From the IMG/VR virus record IMGVR_UViG_3300028585_000293, positions 1 through 49,707 of that record: 49,707 nucleotides of DNA. One strand, 5' to 3'. The notes below the pieces were generated by a model that did no database searches, had not been told where the DNA came from, and was given only the letters and a program-made list of their open reading frames with translations. The translations under genes and the position numbers were made by a program. Below, piece by piece: positions 1 through 9,136 of the stretch (the first letter of the stretch is position 1; every line of letters begins with the position of its first letter). The stretch comes from a virus. Its lineage: Duplodnaviria; Caudoviricetes.

Positions 1-825
1 GATCCGGTCGAGCTGCTTGTCTTCGACGACCTCGGCCGCGAAATCGCCAGCGACGACGGCAGCGGCGCCTACGGCTACGACTACGCCCATTTTGTCGCAC
101 CGTACACGGGCTGGTATTACATCGATGCCTCGTGGAGCCAGGACTATTACGACACCTACGTCAGCCTGAACATTTATGAAGACCGGATTGCGGCCTACCC
201 GCCGACCAATACCATTGTCGGCGGCAGTGGCCACGACATATTGTACGGCACGCGCTCGGACGACATCGTGGATGGCAACGCTGGGATCGACACCTTCGTG
301 CTCGAGGGCTATCGCGACGAATACGACGTCAGCATCCGGGGTGGCACGATCTCGGTCAGCGACCGGCTTGGCCTGGACGGCGTGGACACCCTGCGCAACG
401 TCGAGCGGCTATCGTTCGAGGACGGGGTCTACATCTCCTTCGAGACCACAGGGTTTCCGGCACAAGCGTATCGCCTGTACCAAGCGGCCTTCGACCGCAC
501 GCCGGACCAGCTCGGCCTGGGTTTCTGGATCGGGAACATGGGTGAAGGGATGAGCCTGGACACTGTAGCGCATGCCTTCGCCGGTTCGTCCGAATTCAAG
601 AGCAAGTACGGCGCCGGGGCCAGCAACGCCGACCTGATCACGGCGATGTATGCAAACGTGCTCGACCGTACGCCGGATGCGACTGGATTTGCGCATTGGA
701 AGAATGCCCTGGACAGCAAGGCGCTGGACGTGGCCGATCTATTGGTGGCATTCAGTGAAAGCAGGGAGAATCAGCTCAAGGTCATCGGCTCGCTGGAAGC
801 CGGCTACGAATTCATCGTGACCTGA
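1..825 (+). CDS. Host DUF4214-domain / RTX-like surface or secreted protein (5' truncated by window edge)
   Basis: Frame 1 is open from base 1 (DPVELLVFDD...) to TGA at 823-825. It has GGSGHDILYG/GNAGIDT RTX-like motifs and two DUF4214-type repeats (RLYQAAFDRTPDQLGLGFW; MYANVLDRTPDATGFAHW...FSESREN). Confidence 0.85.
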   Translation, partial: DPVELLVFDDLGREIASDDGSGAYGYDYAHFVAPYTGWYYIDASWSQDYYDTYVSLNIYEDRIAAYPPTNTIVGGSGHDILYGTRSDDIVDGNAGIDTFVLEGYRDEYDVSIRGGTISVSDRLGLDGVDTLRNVERLSFEDGVYISFETTGFPAQAYRLYQAAFDRTPDQLGLGFWIGNMGEGMSLDTVAHAFAGSSEFKSKYGAGASNADLITAMYANVLDRTPDATGFAHWKNALDSKALDVADLLVAFSESRENQLKVIGSLEAGYEFIVT

Positions 826-852
826 TCAGGAAGGCGATTGAACAGCAGGAAG

Positions 853-897
853 TGGCCCGCCCTGAGGGAATCGAACCCCCGACCCACAGCTTAGAAG
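853..897 (-). other. Prophage att core: 3' half of tRNA-Arg(UCU)
   Basis: Minus strand reads CTTCTAA GCTGT GGGTC GGGGG TTCGATT CCCTC AGGGCGG GCCA (anticodon loop TCT, T arm, CCA). The 5' anticodon stem (TCTGA) does not pair with GCTGT and there is no intact 5' half. Confidence 0.88.
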
Positions 898-922
898 TCA
901 GATGCCCTATCGGCTTTTTCGG

Positions 923-1027
923 CAATCGAATCAAACTCTTGCGCTAAGGGCCCTGCGCTATTCGTTCACTGATTGTGCTTCGGTAAGTGCTTGATTCGAT
1001 TGATTGCGGCAACTTTGAATAGCGCAG
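923..1027. promoter_or_regulatory. att arm: two IHF-consensus sites and arm-type repeats
   Basis: AATCAAACTCTTG (929-941) and reverse AATCAAGCACTTA (984-996) match WATCAANNNNTTR. TGCGCTA occurs at 940-946 and 954-960, and inverted at 1020-1026. Confidence 0.65.
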
Positions 1028-1205
1028 CTTTTCGGCCGAGGGCGCCATGCCTGTACAGGCTATGAATCTAACCACGCTTCGGCATTTTTCCGTTTCCCGA
1101 CAACGACCTAGCAGCGGTCGCTTGTACTATGGATGAGGCGCAGGTGCCGCCGTAACCCATTGTTTCGATTCGGGTCGACCCTGCTCAATAGTACAGGTCA
1201 GGACG

Positions 1206-1457
1206 CTATAGCTTCGGTTGCTCCTGCACCACCGGCTCGGCGTTCAGGTCGCGGAGCAGCGCGTCACGCATGATGCCGGCGGTCGACGACTGCGGGTTGA
1301 CGCGCAGGTAGTCGTGCGTCCGGAGAGTTAGAGCGCGTAGGCGGAATAGCTCCCACAGCAGCGCGCGGCCATCCTCGGAACCGCGCAGCCGGCCCTGGAT
1401 ATCTTGCAGCTCAGCGCGGGTGAGTGGCTCGCGGCCGGCTTTCTTAATACTGTTCAT
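1206..1457 (-). CDS. Small hypothetical protein (83 aa), probably SOS-regulated
   Basis: ATG at 1457 (MNSIKKAGREPLT...ALLWELFRLR). A -10 hexamer and an SOS box lie at the start. Confidence 0.7.
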   Translation of the reverse strand: MNSIKKAGREPLTRAELQDIQGRLRGSEDGRALLWELFRLRALTLRTHDYLRVNPQSSTAGIMRDALLRDLNAEPVVQEQPKL

Positions 1458-1469
1458 CCATACAGTATA
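1448..1469 (-). promoter_or_regulatory. LexA (SOS) box overlapping a -10 element and start codon
   Basis: TACTGTTCATCCATACAGTA (1448-1467) fits CTGT-N8-ACAG. Minus-strand TATACT at 1464-1469 is 6 nt before the ATG. Confidence 0.8.
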
Positions 1470-1578
1470 GCAGCGCGTCCCGCCGATCAGCGTTGCGCCG
1501 CCGCATCGCTGAAATGCGCAACGCATAGTCTAACCTCTGACATATACCAGAGGTATCCGGCTCTGCCATACTGGCTGG

Positions 1579-1770
1579 ATGGACCAACGAACTGATCGCC
1601 TCACGGCAGTGCAAGTCGACCTGGCCGTAAACATTGCCGGAGTGTTCGGGATGGCCGCAGGAGTGCGATCGCTGCACGAGTGCGGCGTACCACTATCGGT
1701 TATCCAGCGCGTGCTAATTCAGGGCGGACGGCGGCGCGGTTCTATTTCGGCCCCGCCTGTGTCCACTTAG
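1579..1770 (+). CDS. Small hypothetical protein (63 aa)
   Basis: ORF MDQRTDRLTAVQVDLAVNIAGVFGMAAGVRSLHECGVPLSVIQRVL, fitting cleanly between its neighbours. Confidence 0.6.
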   Translation: MDQRTDRLTAVQVDLAVNIAGVFGMAAGVRSLHECGVPLSVIQRVLIQGGRRRGSISAPPVST

Positions 1771-1809
1771 CGAAGTAGGCAGCAAGAGAGCATGAAGATG
1801 TTGGCCGGA

Positions 1810-2301
1810 TCAGTCCTTGAACGTGATCTGGCCGTTCACTTTAATCGTACCCGCGCCGGTTGCCATGTCTTCGGCGCCAGTGAAATTGCCTCCACCAGCA
1901 GCCTTCTTGTACCGGCCGGTGCCACCGGTAATTTGGAATGTAGCGTTACTAAACACAAATTTCGCGCCCTCGCCGGTCGGAACAAACTGGCCGCTGTAGT
2001 TCAAGAAAATCTGATCGCTCTCTGTCGTGACTATCGTCATGCGACCCTCTGCGAAGTTGAACAGCGGGCCATTTTGCGTAATACAGTCAGTTCCGATGAA
2101 GGCGACTCGACCGATAAGAGCGCTGTTTCCTTGCCCGACAATCGTGCCTCCGAAATTCGAAGAGCATCGCGCAGATGGGCCGACGAACTCCTGTAGCACG
2201 CCTTCAATGACCAGCGGCTTTGTAGAAGCTGGCGCCGCGGTCGTCGACACAGAAGCGCAAAGCATCAGCGACAGAGTAGTAGCGCGGACAAGGTTTTTCA
2301 T
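1810..2301 (-). CDS. Secreted beta-rich protein, dirigent/allene-oxide-cyclase-like barrel (moron)
   Basis: Signal peptide MKNLVRATTLSLMLCASVSTTAAPA, FQITGGTGRY motif and two further Cys in the mature part. Confidence 0.65.
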   Translation of the reverse strand: MKNLVRATTLSLMLCASVSTTAAPASTKPLVIEGVLQEFVGPSARCSSNFGGTIVGQGNSALIGRVAFIGTDCITQNGPLFNFAEGRMTIVTTESDQIFLNYSGQFVPTGEGAKFVFSNATFQITGGTGRYKKAAGGGNFTGAEDMATGAGTIKVNGQITFKD

Positions 2302-2412
2302 AATGGTTGGCTTTCGTAGGGTGGGTAGTGCCAGCATACTAATATGGAAGAGTTAATACCCACGCACGAATGAAATCCCTGACGCTATCTGCCGGCTCGA
2401 CGCTCCTCTGGC

Positions 2413-2560
2413 CTACTTCGGCCAAGCCTGAACCGTCTTCACGTGCCGAGCGGCACATTCCGCATACTGGCGCAGCAGATCGATAACCCAGGCCTGCCAG
2501 GCGTCGAAGTCGTCGGCGCCTGATCGCGCCCCGGCGGGCACGGCGACGCCATGCTCGCTA
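2413..2560 (-). pseudogene. Probable remnant of a second o-spanin (Rz1-like) gene
   Basis: C-terminus DDFDAWQAWVIDLLRQYAECAARHVKTVQAWPK resembles o-spanin C-termini. An ASMASPCPP segment lies upstream in a shifted frame; no lipoprotein signal remains. Confidence 0.45.
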
Positions 2561-2629
2561 CTGAGCAGACAATATTGCCGCGATTGGAACACTGTCGCAA
2601 GCTCAGCCATCACTACATCTGCTATCGAT

Positions 2630-3721
2630 CTATTCCTTAACCGGAAATTTTTGCTGCAGTAGCCAATCCACTGGTTGCCGAAATCGGTTTTTGCGCCGCT
2701 CAGTCAACTGAGCCAATGCGATCGTCACTAGACCGATAGCAATGGTAATCCAGACCACGTCATAGAAGTTCTCACGCTCATACGGGTAGATCTTCAGCCA
2801 AGTTAAGACGACCAGCATGTGTGACAAGTACAGGGTGAATGTGTACGAAGCCACTGCGCGGATTTTCCCCTCATACTTCAGCAATCCGTTTAGCCCAGCG
2901 AAGCGAGCGCAAAGGAAGTTGGCGACCACCAGTGCGCAGACCACATAATCAGCCAAGAACCGCTCAGCACTAGCAAGAGGTAGCGAGGGAAATGGCCACT
3001 CTTCTACCGCTAAATTCCTTAACGCCAACTCCATACCCGTCACGTTGTAAACGACCAGTAGTGAAAGGGAAACTGCGAGTCCCAACCGAGCGGTGGACTG
3101 CGGCAAGGCTACCCTGAGCTGCAAATGGTATAGACCCACACCGCTGAGCCAGACCGGCAGCAAAAGCCACAATTTAAACCCCATCACTCCGAGTACGACT
3201 GCAACCGCAGTCATCCTGCGCCATCCCTTCAAGTAGTACGCCACACCAAACAGAACGTAGTACCACACCTCATAACATAGCGACCAAAACGGGGCCAACA
3301 TCGGAGGGACTTCGGACAAGGTCCAGCTTTGACCAAGAAACAATAAATGCAGCGGAATGTACACATGAGGCTTCGCTAGCTGGTACGTTGCGCCGTTATC
3401 AAAAGTGCTAGCGAGCATCCAGCCGAGGAGCAAAATTGGTAGCGCAACCGAGTAAATTCGCCCAGATCGGGCTGCTATATATTCTCGCGCCGTTGTCGTT
3501 CTGTTCTCAACAATATAGGCGATCACGAATCCAGATAGTACAAAAAATACAACGACGGCCTCTCTGCCCATGTTCGGGATAAATGAGGCCATACCGCCCT
3601 GAACAATGTTGTATTGCAGATAGTGGGCGAGTACCACGAGCAAAGCTGCGAAGAATCGTGTCAGGTCCAAGTAAAGCGAAAACTGTCCGTCGAGAGCCGA
3701 ATGTTTGTCTGTCGCACGCAT
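2630..3721 (-). CDS. Membrane O-acyltransferase (Acyltransferase_3 / OafA-like), lysogenic-conversion moron
   Basis: LDLTRFFAALLVVLAH, VFFVLSGFVI, RSGRIYS, WSLCYEVWYY and SYTFTLYLSH motifs, many TM segments and lower GC than the phage core. ATG 3721 is preferred to the longer ORF start. Confidence 0.9.
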   Translation of the reverse strand: MRATDKHSALDGQFSLYLDLTRFFAALLVVLAHYLQYNIVQGGMASFIPNMGREAVVVFFVLSGFVIAYIVENRTTTAREYIAARSGRIYSVALPILLLGWMLASTFDNGATYQLAKPHVYIPLHLLFLGQSWTLSEVPPMLAPFWSLCYEVWYYVLFGVAYYLKGWRRMTAVAVVLGVMGFKLWLLLPVWLSGVGLYHLQLRVALPQSTARLGLAVSLSLLVVYNVTGMELALRNLAVEEWPFPSLPLASAERFLADYVVCALVVANFLCARFAGLNGLLKYEGKIRAVASYTFTLYLSHMLVVLTWLKIYPYERENFYDVVWITIAIGLVTIALAQLTERRKNRFRQPVDWLLQQKFPVKE

Positions 3722-3997
3722 ATTTTCACCGTTAGTAATCCGGCAATAGTACGAGCAATGCTGATCGCGCGCAATAAATGTTGAACGCCAATCCGGCATT
3801 TCGAAGACTGTGTTGCAGAAGCGTCGCCATAGATGCATTCCGCCTCCCTGCCAACAAGGGTTTTTGCCTTCCATGCCTTGGCCCCTCGCGACCGCACTAC
3901 ATTCGGCTGCATCGCCAACTGTATCATTCCGGCACTTTTGTTGCATTTAGGATAAAAAAGCATTACCCTAAATCAACAATAGAGATTAGGAAAAAAT

Positions 3998-4258
3998 ATG
4001 TTGAAGGGACTTTTCAGAGCGAGACATTCCGCCCATGCGTGGGCCCCGGGGAAGGACGAGTGGCATCGGAAGTGCTCAATTTGCGGGGAGCAGCAGGAGT
4101 TCCTTCATGACGGCGATGAATTTCGCGGCCTTGTCTGGGAGACTTTTCATGTCGGCGATCGTAAGGCTCATGCCTTGCCCGCTACGGACCCGTCAAGCGA
4201 ATGGCCAGGCGTCTCCTCTGTCATTGCCTCTATCCGCTCAAGTCTTACAAGCCGCTGA
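3998..4258 (+). CDS. Hypothetical protein with HxW...CxxC motif (moron)
   Basis: 86-aa ORF after an AGGA RBS and an AT-rich upstream region. Confidence 0.55.
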   Translation: MLKGLFRARHSAHAWAPGKDEWHRKCSICGEQQEFLHDGDEFRGLVWETFHVGDRKAHALPATDPSSEWPGVSSVIASIRSSLTSR

Positions 4259-4361
4259 CGGCTGATTTAATGCAGCGGCCCTTCATCTTTGACATCCTGA
4301 TGAAGAGTGAGGACGTAGCCATCACCGGCCAGCGTAACGGCGTTGACGCAGAATACGCCAC

Positions 4362-4865
4362 CTATTTCTCGTTCACCGCCCTGCACTCTTCGAACCGCTC
4401 GACGACGCGGTCGTACTGCCGCACGATTCGCGCAATGTCAGCTCCGTCGGCGAGAATTTCAGCAGCAACCTCTGGCACAAGGTCCGGTCCTGTTCCGTCA
4501 ACACCAAGTGCGGCGGTAGCGGGTCGATCGCCGGGCGTGGCGCCGGCTGGTACTGGCCCTGTGGGGCAGCGCAGCCGGTCAGTGCCAGCGCGCACACGGC
4601 GCTGAGCAGCAGCGAGGTCTCGGGCATGTTCTTGTTCCTTTATATGCGCGGCCGAGTCACGCGCGCGCAACTGCGCGCGCAGGTCGGCCTCGGTAATGCG
4701 GTTGATCTCAGCGGCGGCGTCGCGCGCGGCTTTCCCCTCGGCGACGGCGGCCGCATAGCCTGCGCTGTAGCGAGTGCTGCCGTAGTGCATCACGCCGAGC
4801 CAGCCGACCACCAGCAGGCCAGCCAGCACGATCAGGGCGGCAAGGGATCGTTCGATGGTCGTCAT
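4362..4865 (-). CDS. i-spanin (Rz-like)
   Basis: ATG overlaps the endolysin stop (ATGA). N-terminal TM helix, Ala-rich coiled coil and RLRC motif. Confidence 0.85.
   Translation of the reverse strand: MTTIERSLAALIVLAGLLVVGWLGVMHYGSTRYSAGYAAAVAEGKAARDAAAEINRITEADLRAQLRARDSAAHIKEQEHARDLAAAQRRVRAGTDRLRCPTGPVPAGATPGDRPATAALGVDGTGPDLVPEVAAEILADGADIARIVRQYDRVVERFEECRAVNEK
4373..4627 (-). CDS. o-spanin lipoprotein (Rz1-like), embedded in Rz
   Basis: Lipobox LALTGC and Pro-rich linker, fully nested in another frame of Rz. Confidence 0.8.
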   Translation of the reverse strand: MPETSLLLSAVCALALTGCAAPQGQYQPAPRPAIDPLPPHLVLTEQDRTLCQRLLLKFSPTELTLRESCGSTTASSSGSKSAGR

Positions 4866-5356
4866 GGCTGTGCCAGCCCGGCCAGACACAGCTCCCGCTC
4901 GGCCTGGCGCCGGCGCGTGAGCCCGCGCACCTCCTTGCCGCCGACCCTGTTCCACATCAGCAGCGCATTGCAAGAGCCGACCATATCGCCGGCATTCGCC
5001 CGGCGCGCCATGCTCGAGCCACAGAATGCGCCGACGCCGATGTTATAGGCCGCGTCGACGAAGGCCACCTTCTGGCCATCCGTCATGCTGGCTAGCGGCA
5101 CGCAGCGCGCGATGCCGGCCGCGTGCCGCTCGAGGTCTCGGTCGAGCTGGGCCCGACACTGCTCCGGTGTGTAGGTCTTGCCCCACTGCGCGTTCTCGGT
5201 GGCACCGGTGCAGTACGTGAGCACGCCGCCCATGTCGCGGTAGGTCGAGAGTTTCGTTCCTTCCCATGCCGGCGTGAACGAGAGCAGCGCAGTTGCGGCG
5301 ACGGCGCCGACCAGCGCGACCAGGCCGCGCCGCTGGGTGATTGCGCGCTCAGCCAT
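4862..5356 (-). CDS. SAR endolysin, GH24 lysozyme
   Basis: Ala/Gly-rich N-terminal SAR segment, E-8x-D-5x-T triad (EGTKLSTYRDMGGVLT), AYNIG and GLTRRRQAE motifs. Confidence 0.93.
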   Translation of the reverse strand: MAERAITQRRGLVALVGAVAATALLSFTPAWEGTKLSTYRDMGGVLTYCTGATENAQWGKTYTPEQCRAQLDRDLERHAAGIARCVPLASMTDGQKVAFVDAAYNIGVGAFCGSSMARRANAGDMVGSCNALLMWNRVGGKEVRGLTRRRQAERELCLAGLAQP

Positions 5357-5561
5357 TGCCGGTCACCGACGGTTGCGCCACCACGCGCGCGATCGCGGCG
5401 CCCAGCGAGGTCAGGCCGGCCGCCACCACCAGCAGCGGAGCGGTGCCGGTGGCGTACAGATGCATGCCGGCCTCGACGGCCGAGGCGATGGCGGCCAGCA
5501 GCGCGAAGCGTACCGACCAGAGTTTGGGAAACTGCTTGCGTGCGTCTTCGATGAAATTCAC
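5349..5561 (-). CDS. Holin/antiholin-like small membrane protein
   Basis: Two hydrophobic segments with KLWSVR and ARVVAQ motifs, directly before the endolysin. Confidence 0.7.
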   Translation of the reverse strand: MNFIEDARKQFPKLWSVRFALLAAIASAVEAGMHLYATGTAPLLVVAAGLTSLGAAIARVVAQPSVTGNG

Positions 5562-5617
5562 GGTATGTCCTTTCGGATTGAGCGCCGGCGGCTGGCCAGC
5601 GCTAGGTGATTGCGGAA

Positions 5618-5872
5618 TTACGGCTTTACTTCCGGCGCCTGGAGCTGCGCCAACAGCTGCGCCAGGCGCACTTCCCGCTCGCGGCGGTCAAGGTCGGCGA
5701 GCACCCGCTCGCGCGCGTTCTTCTGGTGCGTGTACCAGGCGTTGAGCCCGAACGTCAGCAGCGCGGTCACGATGCCGACGATGATGCCGACCTGGGTCAG
5801 CGTGAGCGACGTGCCGATCGCGACGGCGCCGCCGGCGTAACTGCCGACTTCAGGCGGAGTGATCTTGCTCAT
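5618..5872 (-). CDS. Holin (HP1-like)
   Basis: TM segment VGIIVGIVTALLTFGLNAWY and a charged C-terminus; first gene of the lysis cassette. Confidence 0.75.
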   Translation of the reverse strand: MSKITPPEVGSYAGGAVAIGTSLTLTQVGIIVGIVTALLTFGLNAWYTHQKNARERVLADLDRREREVRLAQLLAQLQAPEVKP

Positions 5873-5892
5873 TCGAGCCTTTCAACGGGCGT

Positions 5893-5913
5893 AAAAAAAC
5901 CCGCCGAAGCGGG
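5893..5913 (-). terminator. Intrinsic terminator between tail and lysis genes
   Basis: CCCGC TTCG GCGGG followed by T7 on the minus strand. Confidence 0.8.
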
Positions 5914-5950
5914 CTGAAGTGATGGCCGCAAAACCTTCGCCGGCATCCTG

Positions 5951-6630
5951 TTACCACTGGATCTCGGCAATAGCATCGGGTGTCTCGGCGGACTCGAGCT
6001 GCTCCTTGAGCCGCTGGGAGTGGTTGAAATTCTCTGTGCCCTGGGCCGTCATACTGGCGAACAGGTCGCGAAATGCCTCGATGTCTGGAAGCGGAAAGAT
6101 CGAGTTGTCGACCGTCTTCCAGCCGCCTGGAAAGCCCTCCGGGTATGTCCCGAACAGCGCGATATGGTTAGCCACGGCATCGATATCGGAGCGCGAAAGC
6201 GTGTCGCAGGAAAAGTGCTTGCCCTCGAAATGGAAAGTCGAAAGGTTTGCGGCCGCGCGCCACGCATTGATCTCCTCGTTCTTCGCTGCCTTCAGCTCGC
6301 CCAGCGTAGGCGGCGGCTGCCGTGGTGATCCATTAACTACCTGACCGATCGCTACAATGGGCATTGGTGTTGGTATCGACGGATCCAGCACTGCATGCTT
6401 GAGGTCGAACCAATCGACCGGACAGTATTGCATGATGAAAGCCGCCAACTCATCGCCTTCGGGCGCCGGAATCGGCACAGTGATTGCATAATCTGTGCGA
6501 TAAGCGACCGGCGTGCGACCATCTGCAGCATACTCGGCCACGAGCTCTGATTCCGGCAATAAGTCGCTGAAGAAGCGGACGATGAGCTGCCGCTCCTTAT
6601 GGTTGACGTCGACGATACGAAATTTGATTG

Positions 6631-6634
<4 letters not shown>
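5951..6634 (-). CDS. DUF4376-like tail-fibre-associated protein
   Basis: C-terminal LKAAKNEEINAWRAAA...WKTVDN...LKEQLESAETPDAIAEIQW, located after the fibre genes. Confidence 0.75.
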
Positions 6635-7520
<886 letters not shown>

Positions 7521-7524
<4 letters not shown>

Positions 7525-8219
7525 TTCGTGAACCCCGGCAGGTAAGATCCGTACAGGTTCGTCCCGTCACAGATAAACGAGAACACGGTGCGTCGGTTGG
7601 CTGCCTTGGCAATCTCAGGCGGCACGTCCTCAATGAAGACAAAGGCCGCATTGAAAGTGAGATTGAAGTTGCCGGTGGCGTTCTGCTTGACGTGCAGGAC
7701 ATATACACCGGCCTGCATGTTGGTCGGCGCGGCCAGGGTGCGATTGCCCCCTAGGATGATGGTCGCGATCTGCACCGCACCGGCGTCCCACTGAATGGCG
7801 GTAGCGTTGTCGGCGAGCGTGGCCGCCACGGGTCCAACGTTACTGATGTTCTTCCAGTTGGTCGGATCATTGGCTGGGTCGATCGTGGTCGCGCTGGTGG
7901 CGGTTCGTTTTCGATAGGTGAGCTGATTCGACGGACTGACGCGTGCGGTATTGAGCGCATACGTACCGGCCGTCCAGGTCACGGCGCCAGCGGTCAAGGC
8001 GGCCTGTTCAGCAGCAGACGCTGAGTTCGCGGCTGCGAGAGCCTTGTCGTTGACATCTGCGGCCAGGGCATTTGCCTGCTCGCCAAACAGATCAATTGAC
8101 TCCTGCAGCGGTGGCAGCTTGCGGACCAAATCGTCTGCCAGATCGTCGAAGGTCTCCGGACTATCCGGGTCGGGTGCGCTGCCAAGCTGCGGCAATTTAA
8201 CGGTAATTTGTGAGACCAT
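7521..8219 (-). CDS. Tail fibre/spike protein
   Basis: ATG 8219 is coupled to the upstream stop. N-terminal APDPDSPETFDDLAD anchor, coiled coil, a CBM-like W...DPANDPTNW segment and a C-terminal GNRTLAAPTN beta domain. Confidence 0.7.
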
Positions 8220-9136
8220 CAGGTCAACTCCTGAATCTGAAGGTTGAGGAACGAGCCTTCTGGGCCCCTTATGACGATCTGGAAATCCTGAACAAAGCCG
8301 AATAGGTTCAGCAAGCCGAATAGCGGCGTTCCAAGCCATGCGCGAGGAGCAGACTTTGCCAAGGTCAGCAAGCGCAGCACCTCATCGACACTTTCATTCG
8401 CGATGAACAGATCGAACTCGACGACACGGACCGCGCGCCGAGGAGTGAACCTTGTATTTCCCCAAACATCCGTCTCGACTTTTGAATAGTCGACAGTCCG
8501 CACGCTCGGCTCCCACTGGACTTGGCCCAGATAATCGAATCGCCCGAGCTGTACTTCACCGACCTCTGGTTGCCTCCCCTGCCAGGACACGATGATTTCG
8601 ATGACGGCATTCCGGTACATCGGCAGGTCAGTGAAAGAAACGTCCCTGCGAAACGATCGAGGCTTCGTGAACCATTCGCTCCAGCTTCTGCAGTTTCGCA
8701 GGCGAAGACCCTGTGTCTTGTCGTACTTCACGACCCCGCCAACTGTCACGCGAACACGAACGCTGGCGGCGCGCACACCGAAGAGCACGACCGAGTCGAC
8801 ACGCACCACCGGCGTCAAGGTCCAAGACAAGACCTCACCGTCTCCCACGCTGGCCGTGCTCATTACAGAGTCGAACGCTGCGTAAAGATTAGTAGGTCGG
8901 ACTAGAATCCACTTCGCCGAAGTGCCCGCCAGGTTGTTCTCTGGGTAGTCCGCCGCAACATCAGCCGCAGTGTGCGGGGCAACGCATTCGTACACCCGAT
9001 GATCAGGCCGGCGTACGCGCTGGCCCTTTGTTTTCGCCCCAGGACTCCAGAGGGGTGCGTCGACGCTGTCACTTTCCGACAGCGTCGACGCCACCAATAC
9101 GGAGTCGGTGATCGCGATTGGAGCGATCAGTTTCAT
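8219..9136 (-). CDS. Tail tip / distal tail protein with N-terminal CBM5/12-like insert
   Basis: Immediately after the tape measure; WSPGAKTKGQRV...VYEC...W segment and DYSKVETDVWGN motif. Confidence 0.65.
   Translation of the reverse strand: MKLIAPIAITDSVLVASTLSESDSVDAPLWSPGAKTKGQRVRRPDHRVYECVAPHTAADVAADYPENNLAGTSAKWILVRPTNLYAAFDSVMSTASVGDGEVLSWTLTPVVRVDSVVLFGVRAASVRVRVTVGGVVKYDKTQGLRLRNCRSWSEWFTKPRSFRRDVSFTDLPMYRNAVIEIIVSWQGRQPEVGEVQLGRFDYLGQVQWEPSVRTVDYSKVETDVWGNTRFTPRRAVRVVEFDLFIANESVDEVLRLLTLAKSAPRAWLGTPLFGLLNLFGFVQDFQIVIRGPEGSFLNLQIQELT

Noticed and set aside
853-930. Functional tRNA-Arg gene
   Set aside because: Only the 3' half is present; the anticodon stem cannot pair and the D arm and 5' acceptor strand are missing.
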